64,000 bases of DNA from Octopus vulgaris (Eukaryota). The stretch covers positions 16,616,001 through 16,680,000 of the forward strand of contig OX597816.1 of assembly GCA_951406725.2 (NCBI GenBank), written 5' to 3'. The translations under genes and the position numbers were made by a program. Under the pieces are notes generated by a model. That model was not told the origin of the DNA and did no database searches. It worked only from the letters and a program-made list of their open reading frames with translations. Below are positions 26,118 to 38,462 of this stretch, piece by piece (positions within the stretch are counted from its first letter, which is position 1; each line of letters begins with the position of its first letter).

Positions 26118-26673
26118 CCATATACCAGGCGTGCACTCTCAGGTATGCAAGGTATGCGTTGCATGCCCTGTGATTTTTTTATCCATATGATCGGAAAATT
26201 AGATAAAATAGTTACTTTGTTTCAAAGAAAATCCCTCCAGTTGTATTTTGTCTCCCCTTCCCTCTCAGTGACTCTACTTCTGCTTTTAGAAGTCATGCTT
26301 TGACAAGACCAGCATATTAGACACTCCCTCTCTGTCTCAGTTTGTTCTTCCTTCCTCCCTCTCTCTCTCTTAGTGACTGTTTAAAAGACATGCTAAGAGG
26401 ATAGGGCATTTGAAATATTTTTACCCCCTTCCTCTTTCTTTTAGTGGCTATGCTGTGGGACCTCCCTCTCTGTCTCTTAGTTTGTCCCTCCTTCCTCTCT
26501 CTCTTTTAGTGAATTGATAAAACAGATGCTAGGAGGAAAGGTTGTTCATAATATTTTGTACCCCCTTCCTCTTTCTCTCAGTGGCATGTCATGCGATGAG
26601 CTGACCGCATGATACCCACTTTCTGTATCTTTCTGTTTTGTTGAAATTGACTTACAATTTACGCTGGCGCTTC

Positions 26674-26716
<43 letters not shown>

Positions 26717-26729
26717 CTTTATAACTCTC

Positions 26730-26942
26730 TCTTTACTCTTTTACTTGTTTCAGTCATTTGACTGCGGCCATGCTGGAGCACCGCCTTTAGTCGAGCAAAT
26801 CGGCCCCGGGACTTACTCTTTGTAAGCCCAGTACTTATTCTATCGGTCTCTTTTGCCGAACCGCTAAGTGACGGGGATGTAAACACACCACCATCGGTTG
26901 TCAAGCAATGCTAGGGGGACAAACACAGACACACAAACACAT

Positions 26943-26993
<51 letters not shown>

Positions 26994-27160
26994 TACGACG
27001 GGCTTCTTTCAGTTTCCGTCTACCAAATCCACTCACAAGGCTTTCGTTGGCCCAGGGCTATAGCAGAAGACACTTGCCCAAGATGCCACGCAGCGGGACT
27101 GAAACCGGAACCATATGGCTGGTAAGCAAGCTACTTACCACACAGCCACTCCTGCACCTA
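26730..27160 (-). mobile_element. SINE family A, full length, nested in hAT element
   Basis: Complete, CpG-rich copy. Confidence 0.9.
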
Positions 27161-28033
27161 TTGTTATTTCTATTTATAACAGTGAAGGTGTGAAATGCTA
27201 GCTGCTTCTTCTTCTTCTTGTTGCAGCTATTGTATGGTTTTGCTTTTGGTTTGTCATTTGTTTTTTTGCTTATTTTTTTCCTTTTGTATTGAAGATTTCT
27301 TGTTGTCGTAGTTGTTGTTGTTGTTGTTGTTGTCGTTAACAACAGACAGTAAATGTTTTAAATAGGTTTTAAGGTAAATATTTAAGCTTTTAAAAGAAAA
27401 ATGCGGAAGATCAGCTTGTGAGTTAGTGTGTGTGTGTGTGTGTGTGTACGCGTGTGTGTATTTGTGTGAGTGTTTGTATGTGTGTGAGTGTTTGTATGTG
27501 TGTGTTTGGATATGTGTGCGTGCATGCGTGTGTGTGAGTGTGTGTTTGTATTGGTATGTGAGTGTGCGTGTGTGTCAGTATATAAGAACAGCCTTTTACG
27601 AAATGAGTGAAATGTGTTATAAACGATACTTTGAGAAATAGTTTTTCGAAAGGAGAATTCGATGGAAAATAATTAATTATATCGGTGGGAGACCAACACC
27701 GAAAAGGGCTAATGCATTAGATAACATTGTAAAAAAAGATTTCCGAAGGCTTATTATTACCACAAAGGAAAATTATCATTTCATAATCAGCCTTTTTGAG
27801 CACATCATTGAAAATCCTGAACCATGGGATGATACCACCATAAATTCAGCAATTGGATTCTTACAAACTTTAAAAGCTCCTGATTTCTTATTTTTGTTAG
27901 AAGTATTCAGTGAGATTTTTTCTTTTTTCATATTTAACATCCTCCAGAGTAAAAGTCATGACATAGTGTATTGTAAAGATCAAATAGATAAAACTAGAAC
28001 TGTACTCGAAAACAAACTTGATAATTTTTCAAT

Positions 28034-28353
28034 CTCTTTTACTTGTTTCAGTCATTTGACTGCGGCCATGCTCGAGCACCGCCTTTAATCGAGCAACTCG
28101 ACCCTGGGACTTATTCTATCGGTCTATTTTGCCGAACCGCTAAGTAACGGGGACATAAACACACCAGCATCGGTTGCCAAGCAATGCTAGGGGGACAAAC
28201 ACAGACGCACAAACACACACACGCATATATATACATATATACCACGGGCTTCTTTCAGTTTCCGTCTACCAAATCCACTCACAAGGCTTTGGTCGGCCCA
28301 AGACTATAGTAGAAGACCCTTGCCCAAGGTGCCACGCAGTGGAACTGAACCCG
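28034..28353 (-). mobile_element. SINE family A, 5'-truncated, nested in hAT element
   Basis: Matches the other copies; head missing. Confidence 0.85.
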
Positions 28354-29634
28354 GGGGAAAAATATGGAGTCGATGCAGGAATCGGAATTCAGAGATCCAA
28401 GAATATATCTATTGAGCCCCAACGACATTATAAAATGCTTTATAACAAAATTATCAGTACAATAGTTGACCAAATAAAAGCACGATATTCATCCTTAGAA
28501 GAGTTTAAATTCATGGAACTTTCGAAAGAAATTCATTGCATGCCCAGCCCCGGAAGTCACTGCACGCCACTGACATATACATATAATGTTATCACTAACT
28601 ATAAGTTAACATCCACCACAAGGTCCAGTCCTTGTTGTGATGTGGTGACCTATAAGCCCCACTGACGCTGAAACCTATGCCAGCAGAGTGTAGGCTCCAG
28701 AAACTCCTATGTTCATCATCATCATCCAGTGTTTTAAATCTGGGTTTTGTAACCATTAACAGGGGTCTTCCTCAGTGCCATAGTAACTGCCCTCACACCA
28801 TCTCGCTCAGTTTTGGACGTTTTCCTTTTTTAAACCAACCCTCCCAATCTCCTACCCCACCTGTCCCCTCCACCTTTTCCTCGGTCTATCTATGTTGGAC
28901 AAGTCTAAAGAGAGAAACCAAACCAATATGAGGTAAAAATGGGTTTGTGTAGGAATAACAATCTTAGATAAAATGCTAAGTTATAGAAGCAGTGACGACA
29001 ACTGAAAACCAACAAGACCTAGGAGAGAAGACAGACCAGAGACAAGATCTGTGGAGAAGAGTCATCAACAGTCTCTGCTCCATATATCAAAAAATGTATA
29101 TTACATATATATAGTACTATAATTACCTATAAATCAGCAAATGATAAAAAAAATATATAAACAATGTATGTAAAGTATACAAAAAAACAAAAGCAAAACA
29201 AAAACATAATATAAACACTAATTTTCCATACTAGAACTAGATTCAATGCATCAGTTGCATATAAGCCATTAATTCTCTAAAAACCAAATCACTGACAAAT
29301 CATTTCTGAAAACAGAAAACATCATCTACGTGAAAATATTTCCAATAACTATCAAACTTGGTTTTGTTTCATTATTCGTATAAGACACAATTTATAAAAA
29401 TAAGAATTTTATAATTACACATTTCAAAATTGTGCTAAATCAATAGTATACAAATCTTCCTATATCTCTTAAATATCTTCTCAAGAAAAAAAAAAAAAAT
29501 AAAGGTTTATTCTATAAATTACAAATTGCGTATAATATCTTGGGACGGTCATAATACCAATAATAAACATCTACACACTGGTTCTATTTTACTTCTTTTA
29601 TCATTATTATTACTATTGTGTCAAGTACATCAAC

Positions 29635-29928
29635 ATCAAAAAATCAAATGGAAATTGTAGTTGTGATACTTGTGCCGGTGGCACGTAAAAAGCACCACCT
29701 GTATGTGGCCGATGCCAGCGCCGCCTGGACTGGCTTCCGTGCTGGTGGCACGTAAAAAGCACTCACTACACTTATGGAGTGGTTGGCGTTAGGAAGGGCA
29801 TCCAGCTGTAGAAACATTGCCAGATCAGACTGGAGCCTGGTGCAGCCTCCTGGCTTCCCAGACCCCAGACGAACCATCCAACCCATGCTAGCATGGAAAA
29901 CGGACGTTAAACGATGATGATAATGATG
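29635..29928 (+). mobile_element. Family C
   Basis: aaatcaaat leader, 2 modules, core and tail. Confidence 0.82.
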
Positions 29929-30208
29929 AATTCATTAACATTCAACCAATTAACTAATCAGTTTGAATTAATCAACTAGATTTGTCAAACCTCTTTCATC
30001 ATCATTCCTAACCTCTTCGCTGCCTTCTTTACTGCAGTTCTGCCTGTTTCTTAGGCTGGATACAAATTTCTTGCTTTTTATTCTATTTTCAGTCATTCTT
30101 TTGTCTAAAGAATCAAACTTTTATGGCATGAAAATCTGTACAAATATAATCTATTGTATTCACTGGTAATTCGAAGCAATCTCTAAGACATATTCTAAAA
30201 GCTTTACT

Positions 30209-30827
30209 ATGTTGTTGCTGCTGTCTGTTCCTTCTCGAGCTATGCCAGGCTCATAAAGGTCAGTTTCCCAGTTTCATTGGCATACAGGTACCCCACCTGG
30301 ACGGGATGTTAGTCCATTGCAGGTGAGCTGCTAGATGCAGGAGGAAAGAATGAGAGAAAGCTGTGGCAAAAGAGTCAGCAGAAGTTTGCCATTACCTTCT
30401 GCTGGAGTCGCGTGGATCTTAGGGGTTTCACTCATAAACACACACATCACCCAGTCTGAGATTCGAACCTGTGATCCCTCAACCACGAGTCCACTTCTCT
30501 AACCACTAGGCCATGTGTTGCTGTTGTCTGTTCCTTCTTGAGCCATGCCTGGCTCATAAAGGCCAGTTTCCCGGTTTCATTGGCATATAGGTTCCCCACC
30601 TTGATGGGACACTGATCCATCGCAGGTGAGCTACTAGATGCAGGAGGAAAGAGTGAGAGAAAGTTGTGGCAAAAGAGTCAGCGGAGGTTTGCCATTACCT
30701 TCTGCCGGAGTCACGTGGATCTTAGGGGTTTCACTCATAAACACACACATTGCCCAGTCTGAGATTCGAACCTGTGATCCCTCAACCGCGAGTTCACCAC
30801 TGTAACCACTGGGCCATATGTCTCCAC
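30209..30827 (-). mobile_element. Tandem dimer of tRNA-derived SINE family E within one 12-bp TSD
   Basis: Two ~305-bp copies; aaaagctttact at 30197-30208 and 30828-30839; minus-strand head tggcccagtggtta...ggttcgaatc. Confidence 0.88.
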
Positions 30828-31349
30828 AAAAGCTTTACTGTAGTCACTATCATTGTTGCTATATTTGCTATGAGAAGCAAGTGATTATCACAACATCAAG
30901 ATACTACCATATTTATTTACAAATAATACAGATTTATATATAATATAATGAAAACCACTAATTACGAACTATCAAATGCCAGGAAAAAATATTTCTCATA
31001 TATTATGCACACTATTTGTCTTTAGTTCTATGTCTGCTAGATGTAATGTAATTGCATTGACAAGAGTTCATATATCTTCAAACAATAAACAAATTCGAAA
31101 GTGACCTTTGAACTTTTCTAGTCTAGCCTGCAAAAGTCTATCTGCCGTGAGGAGTCTATTAGCATGGAACATTATATAAAAAAAATATAATACAGAATGT
31201 AAACACTTTCATTATACTTCCATTTAAATACTTTTACCATCGAATCTATGTATTCTCTCACTATAAACATACATGGTGATGGTTTATTTTATTAATGACA
31301 ATATTTCAAGAACAAATGTTTATCTTTTTTTTTCCTGTTTATAATCACA

Positions 31350-31737
31350 GTAGCAGTATCGCCCGGCGTTGCTCAGGTTTGTAAGGGAAATAACTATAAA
31401 GCATTTTTAGAGAGTTATAGCCAAAAAATAGCAAAAAAATGGAAAAAATTATGGTAAATTTTTTTTTGAGATTTAAAAAAGGTGGAGTTGCGTCCCCTAG
31501 ACAGTTTGTGGTTTGTGTTTGTGATTCTCGACCCCATGTCGAATTTATCGATTTTTTTCAGAACTGGGGAACTTTTCAAAATTTTCACTGCGTTAGTTTT
31601 GAATTATGACATTGGGCTATGTGTGTGTCAAGTTTCATCAGAATCGGTTGAAAGCCGTGGTCAGGGTGAGGGTACTAGCAAACAGACACACAGAAACACG
31701 CACAGACAAACTGCCGTTTATATATAGAGAGAAGAGA
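31350..31737 (-). mobile_element. Non-autonomous Helitron
   Basis: About 90 bp nearly identical to 8403-8492, including the hairpin; A|TC start at the other end. Confidence 0.75.
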
Positions 31738-32014
31738 TTTCAATAATGATACTATCTTAATTGACTATTTATTCCCATATATCTCATATACTTAATTTAC
31801 CCCTTAACATTTAAACCAGCCATATTTGGCCCAGATCAGCTTTATGTTCAATCTATTCAGATCCAGCCTCTTACACTTACCCTGCAATGTCTTTCTAAAA
31901 GTAAGCATTCACACCATTGAAGTCTTGAAGCTATGAGACAATGCACAATTAGTTTAAAATAATGTGAATAAAAGGAGCATTGCACTTGACAGAGTGATAG
32001 AAGTAATTCCATAG

Positions 32015-32322
32015 AACCGGCTTCTGTGCCAGTGGCACTTAAAAGCAACATTCGAGTGTGATCATTACCAGCGTCGCCTTACTATTAAGAGCACCATCTG
32101 AGCGTGATCATTGCCAGAGTTGCTATCTGGCTTCCGTGCCTGTGGCACGTAAAAGCACCTACTACACTCTCGGAGTGGTTGGCATTAGGAAGGGCATGCA
32201 GCTGTAGAAACTCTGCCAGATCAAGATTGAAGCCTGGTGCAGCCATCTGGTTCACCAGCCCTCAGTCATTCGTCCAACCCATGCCAGCATGGAAAGTGGA
32301 TGTTAAGCGATGATGATGATGT
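32015..32322 (+). mobile_element. Family C
   Basis: Modules, core and tail. Confidence 0.8.
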
Positions 32323-32579
32323 ACCAGTTGTGCTGACTCTTTGATACATTATCGCTATCACAGAAAAAATGTAAAATACTTAATTGCGATTTTACATAAT
32401 CTTTAAGCCTTTGTAAGCTTGGACAATAGATGCAAATAACTTGTATCTGACGCTGCTATCCTGAATATGGCAATGTAGTTGATGGGGTAAAAATGTGTTA
32501 CATTTATTTTTTGAGTATAATGCACACCCCTAATCATCAACATGATCATCATTTAGCATTTACTTTCCATACTGGTAAG

Positions 32580-33103
32580 TCAAAGTCAAATCGAATCAAA
32601 TCAAAATAGATGAACATCAATGGAATTTGTATCCTTGTGGTACCAGTGCCGGTGGCACATAAGAAAACCATCCGAATGGGACCATAGCCAGTACCGCATT
32701 GACTGGCCTCCGTGCGGTGGGCACGTAACAAACACCATCCGATCGTAGCCGTTCGCCAGCCTCGTCTGGCACCTGTGTCGGTGGCACATAAGAAAACACC
32801 GAAAACACCATCCGAGCGTGGCCGTCTGCCAGCTTCGTCTGGCATCTGTGTCGGTGGCACATAAAAAAACATCATCCGAGCGTGACCGTCTGCCAGCCTC
32901 GTCTGGCACCTGTGTCGGTGGCACATAAAATCACCCACTACACTCTCGGAGTGGTTGGCGTTAGGAAGGGCATTCAGCTGTAGAAACACTGCCAGATCTG
33001 ACTGGCCTGGTGCAGCCTTCGGGCTTGCCAGACCCCAGTTGAACCATCCAACCCATGCTAGCATGGAAAGCGGACGTTAAACGATGATGATGATGATGAT
33101 GAT
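32580..33103 (+). mobile_element. Family C, long copy with five ~60-70-bp 5' modules
   Basis: Leader, tandem gtg(c/t)cggtggcac...gccag..ctggc modules, core, (gat)n. Confidence 0.88.
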
Positions 33104-33367
33104 GTATGGATTGGATGGTTTGACAGGATCCAGTGAGCTGTGTTGAGCTCCAAATCAGCTTTGGTGTGGTTTCTGCAGCTGCAGGGGCTTTCTAATGCCA
33201 ACCATTTTACAGTGTGTTCCAAGTTTTTTTCATGCCATCAACACAAATGAGGTCTGCTACGAGCTCTAATATTTATGCTTAAAAATTTAGTAAAAAAAAA
33301 TGTGTATTGTAAGCAAATATGGTAAACACACACACACACACACACACAAAAATGCCTTCATAAAGAA

Positions 33368-33758
33368 CTAGCAGTATCGCCCGGCGTTGCTCGGGTTTGT
33401 TTCGACCCTTTAGAATTGGAATTTTTGAAAAGTAAAAATTTTTGCATTATGTAGCTTGTTATTCTCTTTTTTGAACATTTTTCTGGTTGAAATACACCGA
33501 AAAATAGCGACAAAGCAGGCAAAAAATCGTAAAAAATAGGGATTTTCATAGAAAAAAAGCACCTTTTTGATGTAAATAATTTTTGGTGTTAACATGGTCC
33601 GATTTGAATTTTTCTTCTATGGAAGGAAGAGCAAGCCTTCTTCTATCATACTCTCAATTTTGGTCAACTTGCACTGCAAGGTCTCAGAGGAGATAGTGTT
33701 AGTTGAAGGCTACCAAACCTGCCATGCACAGACAACTTCAGCTTTATATATAGAGAGA
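33368..33758 (-). mobile_element. Non-autonomous Helitron
   Basis: Same terminal hairpin and CTAG as 8402; A|TCTCTCTATATATA start; different body. Confidence 0.78.
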
Positions 33759-35341
33759 TTAGTATTAGATGAGTAATCTATTCCTGATAAATGGTAACTC
33801 TGTCATATATATTAGAGTAAATTTCTCCATGAATCAGATTATCAGACTAAATATCAAAACAAAGCAAAGATCCGTTCAATAACTCATGCATGAATTTTAC
33901 AGATAAGATAAAGATATGCAAATTTTGTAGATCCCATTAACTCTCCCTCCCTCATATTTATCTGTACTTAATTTTAAAGTTGTTGCTTGTGCATACAATC
34001 TTTTTAGATAAAGGTATCTGCACATAAACTGCCAAAATTAAGTTCTTAAGAAAAGTAAACAGCATATATATCAAAACTATTGAAAAGGCTGCAAGACACA
34101 CCAAAAATTTTAGGACAATAAAAATAAGTAAAAAGTGGAAATTTTACCGGTGAGTGTGTTACATAATAAGGCAGAAAAAGAAAATGACTCTCCCCAGACA
34201 CAACAGAATATGCTTCAACACACGAACTCAAATAAAGAATCTTGCAAACCAAATCCAAAAACGAAATATATATCATACTTATTGAATAAAGAGTCACATG
34301 GCTTTAGGATCTTCTGCAACAGCTGATTATCACATACATGTAATGTGTGATGTTGCATGATAGTGAACATTGAATTCAGATGTGTAATATCAAATTGCAT
34401 GGAAGGCAGTGCTCAGATGAGCTAAGGAAGCAACTGGACATTAACGTCAGCAGTTAATGTGAGTAAGAGAAATGATTCTACTGTTATTGATATGAGGTGA
34501 AAGAATAATACCCAATGGATTAAAATGTGTTGAGGAAAGTATCTGGTTGTGCTACGGAATGGATCTGTGATGTGTACTGACAGTGATAGGAATTTGTAAG
34601 AGAAGAATACAAAGACAAGGGAAAAATTTGTGATATGAAATTTCAGGATGTTGTGCCTTACAGATACGATTGTATAAGATTAAGACAACATGAAAGTTCA
34701 TTCAACTCATGCTAGCATAGAAAAATGGATGTTAATGAAGCCCTGTTTATTTAATGTTTAATAAATAATGCAACATGTGAATATTGAAGATAGATACTTT
34801 TATCTGATAGACCTGAAATCTATTGTTCAGGATATTCCCTTTCATGAAAACCAGCAGAATTCACTTTGATATGAAGAAGATTCTGGTCTATTTGATGAAG
34901 TATTGTTCAGGTTTATATAGCATTATTGAAAACAACATAGTTTTTCTATCTTTTAAATACTTTTTTAACAGATTCAAATATATTTTTATTCAATGGATAA
35001 GCAATGATTTTTCAAAACTCATGAAGGAGAAATAAAACATTTTTATGTATTTTCTCAACTGAATAGGTAGTTTTACCAGAAGATCATAATCATCTGTTAT
35101 TCTATTATTGATTGATAAATGGGAGAATTAATATTCTCACTAAAAATATATCTGTCAGTTGTTTTTATTTGGTTTAATATTTATGTTATTATTTGAAAAT
35201 TTTGACCGAAAGAAATGATTTATCACTGGAATCCATATTAATTTTACAGTGCAGTCAGATAATTTAAAATTTTTAAAAGAAGAAGAAGCAGGCTGAAATA
35301 AAATAGAATAATTTTTATTCTGAATGACTGAAATTACTTAC

Positions 35342-35503
35342 CGAGAATACCAGCAATAGGAATAGTGGTATTTGTAGCTAAGTCGATAAATGAACGCATG
35401 GCTACATCAGTTCGACATTGAGTATCCTTTATTAAAAGCTTTAGCTCATGATTTGGCAGGACATTAGTGTCTGCATTCACCCATTCAATAGCCATTTCTG
35501 CAC
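35342..35503 (-). CDS. Internal coding exon of a Venus-flytrap (ANF-receptor) domain receptor, most likely a Venus kinase receptor (VKR)
   Basis: Minus strand: pyrimidine tract ttgttttttcttttaAG, 162-nt exon, donor GTAAGT. Phase 1 to phase 1. Translates to (G)AEMAIEWVNADTNVLPNHELKLLIKDTQCRTDVAMRSFIDLATNTTIPIAGIL(G), matching the MA.E.VN....LP...L.L...D..C pattern of GABA-B/ANF-type VFT domains. Not in the ORF track. Confidence 0.93.
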
Positions 35504-35553
35504 CTTAAAAGAAAAAACAAACAAAGGACAAGTATTAAATTTTATTTAACAAT

Positions 35554-35961
35554 ACTCTTTTACTTGTTTCAGTCATTTGACTGCGGCCATGCTGGAGCAC
35601 CGCCTTAAATCGAGCAACTCGACCCCGGGACTTATTCTTTTGTAAGCCCAGTACTTATTCTATCGGTCTCTTTTGCCGAACCGCTAAGTGAGGGGACATA
35701 AACACACCAGCATCGGTTGTCAAGCAATGCTAGAGGGACAAACACAGACACACAAACATATACATACACATACATACATATATATATATACATATATACG
35801 ACAGGCTTCTTTCAGTTTCCGTCTACCAAATCCACTCACAAGGCATTGGTCGGCCCAAGGCTATAGCAGAAGACACTTGCCCAAGATGCCACGCAGTGGG
35901 ACTGAACCCAGAACCATGTGGTTGGTAGGCAAGCTACTTACCACACAGCCACTCCTGCGCC
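35554..35961 (-). mobile_element. SINE family A, full length, with 21-bp TSD
   Basis: tattaaattttatttaacaat at 35533-35553 and 35962-35982. Confidence 0.93.
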
Positions 35962-36677
35962 TATTAAATTTTATTTAACAATGATATATTTTGAAAATAA
36001 TTATAATTTCCATCGAACGTTCTTTCAATAATAGAAAATAATGTAGCAAGGCTTTAAATACTCATCCATTTGATAAGAACTCAGCATTTCACAATAGAGT
36101 AAAATCATTCATTTATTCACTGATGCTAAATTCTGTATTCTAAGGCAACAAGCAGATAACTCAATCTATTGGATGTGATTAAAAGCTAAACAAGATGAGT
36201 TGTTTAAATTCGTAAATATATTGATTTTGAAGAAAATGAATGAGAGAAACAGAGTTTAATCATTTAAAAACGATCAATAAAACAAACTCAAAATAAGATA
36301 TACCAAAAAATAGCAAGTAACTGATAGAATCCTTTTGTCAATGAAATCTTTTTTTTTTTTTTTTTGTTCTGCCATCGGATTGAGAAATTTTCTAAAATAA
36401 AAAAATGTAACTGTAGCACTTGTTTCCAACTTTAGACTAAATAATGTGCAGCAGTCCATGAGAAATAAAACAAGAGTTTCTATTTTAAATAGATGTGCAT
36501 TTGCAGGATATTCTTTTTTTTTCCCTTTTGGATTTTGTTTGCTACAACAGGAATTATTTCTTCTTCATCTTCTCAGCACATGCAGAATATCAATGAATAT
36601 AAACACATACATGTATATCAGTATGCTCAAACACACACACATGAATAAGTGTATGTGTATGTATATATATATATATA

Positions 36678-36985
36678 GTGGAAGTGCAATGGCCCAGTGG
36701 CTAGGGCAGTGGACTCAAAGTTGGAGGATCACGGTTTCGATTCCCAGATCGGGCGTTGTGTATGTTTATTGAGCAAAAACACCTAAAGCTCCATGAGGCT
36801 CCAGCTGGGGGTCGGTGACCCCTGTTGTACTCTTTTGCCCCAACTTTCTCTCACTCTTTCTTCCTGTTTCTTGAGTAACGTTGCGATGGACTGTCGTCCC
36901 GTCCAGCTGGGGGGAACACATACGCCACAGAAACTGGGAAACCGGGCCTATGAGCCTGGCTAGGCTTGAAAAGGGTGCATAAATA
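36678..36985 (+). mobile_element. SINE family E-related copy
   Basis: tggcccagtggctagg...gtttcgattcc head; 3' part resembles the 30209-30827 copies. Confidence 0.8.
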
Positions 36986-37676
36986 AAAAAATAATAAAAT
37001 AATAAATATGTATATATGCATATTAGTTGCAGGCATGGTTGTGTGGTTAAGAAGCTTGCTTCTCAACCATGTGGTTTCAGGTTCAATCTTCTACTACAGC
37101 TACATGCAAAACAAAGCCTTGTGAATGGGTTTGGTAGAGAGAAACTGGAAGAAACCTCGTGTGTGTGTGTGTGTGTGTGTGGTACATTTAGGTGTATCCT
37201 TGTCTTGACAATGTGTGATTGTTGTGAATGAGCAGCAGTGGTTATGCAAGTGATGTTGTTCATTTGTAGTCTTCTGTGTAAAACGTGTCAGGCAATTCTG
37301 TTTGACCATGCAAGCATGGGAAAGTGGCTGTTAGGATGAGGATGAACAGGATTTATATATATGTGTGTGTGATGTTTATAGTGAATCGCAAAAATACTCA
37401 ATATATGGTGTAGAGTATAATTATATGTACCACTATTTTATGGTTCTCAAATAGTCAATATATTCTGTAATGCAAAATATATTCCAATCTAAGATGGCAA
37501 CTGGATCTCACTGTTTCACTGGTTAAAAGAGACTACATGAATCAGATGTGAAGACTGGTAAGTCACAAATGGAAAAGTTTTCAAGAAAATGACAGAAGTT
37601 CTTAACTTGATAATGTAAACCGATATTTAGCTTTAGTTTGTATTTTCTTGCTCACTACATTCAAACCTGCACACAC

Positions 37677-37679
<3 letters not shown>

Positions 37680-37739
<60 letters not shown>

Positions 37740-37772
37740 CAGAGACAGATATATATATACATACATTTATAC

Positions 37773-37826
<54 letters not shown>

Positions 37827-37849
37827 CAGATATATATATATATACATAC

Positions 37850-37916
<67 letters not shown>

Positions 37917-37979
37917 AAGAGACAGACAGATATATATATATATATACATTATATACATATATATATATATATATACATT

Positions 37980-38019
<40 letters not shown>

Positions 38020-38050
38020 CAGACAGATATATATATATATACATACATTT

Positions 38051-38095
<45 letters not shown>
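37680..38095. repeat. Higher-order compound microsatellite [(TA)n(GA)nCAGA(TA)nCAT..TTAT] x about 4
   Basis: Direct reading. Confidence 0.93.
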
Positions 38096-38096
<1 letters not shown>

Positions 38097-38099
38097 GAG

Positions 38100-38292
38100 T
38101 CAGTCGCCATGATAGATCGTTAGCCACTACACGCATTTTTTCTCTCTTTAGTTTTTCTGTGTCCCTTTCTCTAGAAGAGCATAGGCTCGAAACGTAAAAG
38201 ACTTTTTCTATTCCTGAGCATTATACTAATACATCTGTTTGTTTTGTACACCACCTGTCTTTGTCTTTTGTTTTTTTCGTAAACTCTCCCTA
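38100..38292 (+). mobile_element. Penelope-type fragment with hammerhead-like motif at 38165-38200
   Basis: CUUU-CUCUAGA-A-GAGC-AUAG-GCUC-GAAACGUA-AAAG; same family as 11905-12050 and 20070-20490. Confidence 0.6.
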
Positions 38293-38404
38293 TATATATA
38301 TGAAGTTCGAAAACACCACTATATAAGATAAATTTCAATTTTCTGAGAGATTTTACATGTTTCGGTTCTTCTTGAGAGCTACTGCCTGGTACTGCATCAG
38401 GGCC

Positions 38405-38450
<46 letters not shown>

Positions 38451-38462
38451 TCATTATTATTC

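Larger units (their letters stand above)
26126..28572 (+). mobile_element. Internally deleted hAT DNA transposon (ZMYM1-like transposase remnant) with TIRs and 8-bp TSD
   Basis: Left end CAG--GCGTGCA versus right-end revcomp CAGTGGCGTGCA; flanks CCATATAC (26118-26125) and ACATATAC (28573-28580). Internal peptide KRANALDNIVKK..FEHIIENPEPWDDTTINSAIGFLQTLKAPDFLFLLEVFSEIF..FNILQSKSHDIVYC. Contains two SINE A copies. Confidence 0.82.
10172..35341 (-). other. 25,170-bp phase-1 GT-AG intron between the two VFT exons
   Basis: Canonical splice sites and compatible phases; the joined peptide is colinear with VFT domains with no gap. Confidence 0.88.

Noticed and set aside
25712-26303. YIYI-repeat ORFs (also 24396-24759 and 37648-38136)
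   Set aside because: Translations of (TA)n microsatellites.
28174-28665. 163-aa ORF
   Set aside because: Chance fusion of antisense SINE A, a hAT remnant and flanking DNA.
32640-32940. Repeat-spacer-like array resembling CRISPR
   Set aside because: The spacers are homologous to each other, the array is part of a dispersed eukaryotic retroposon, and there are no cas genes.
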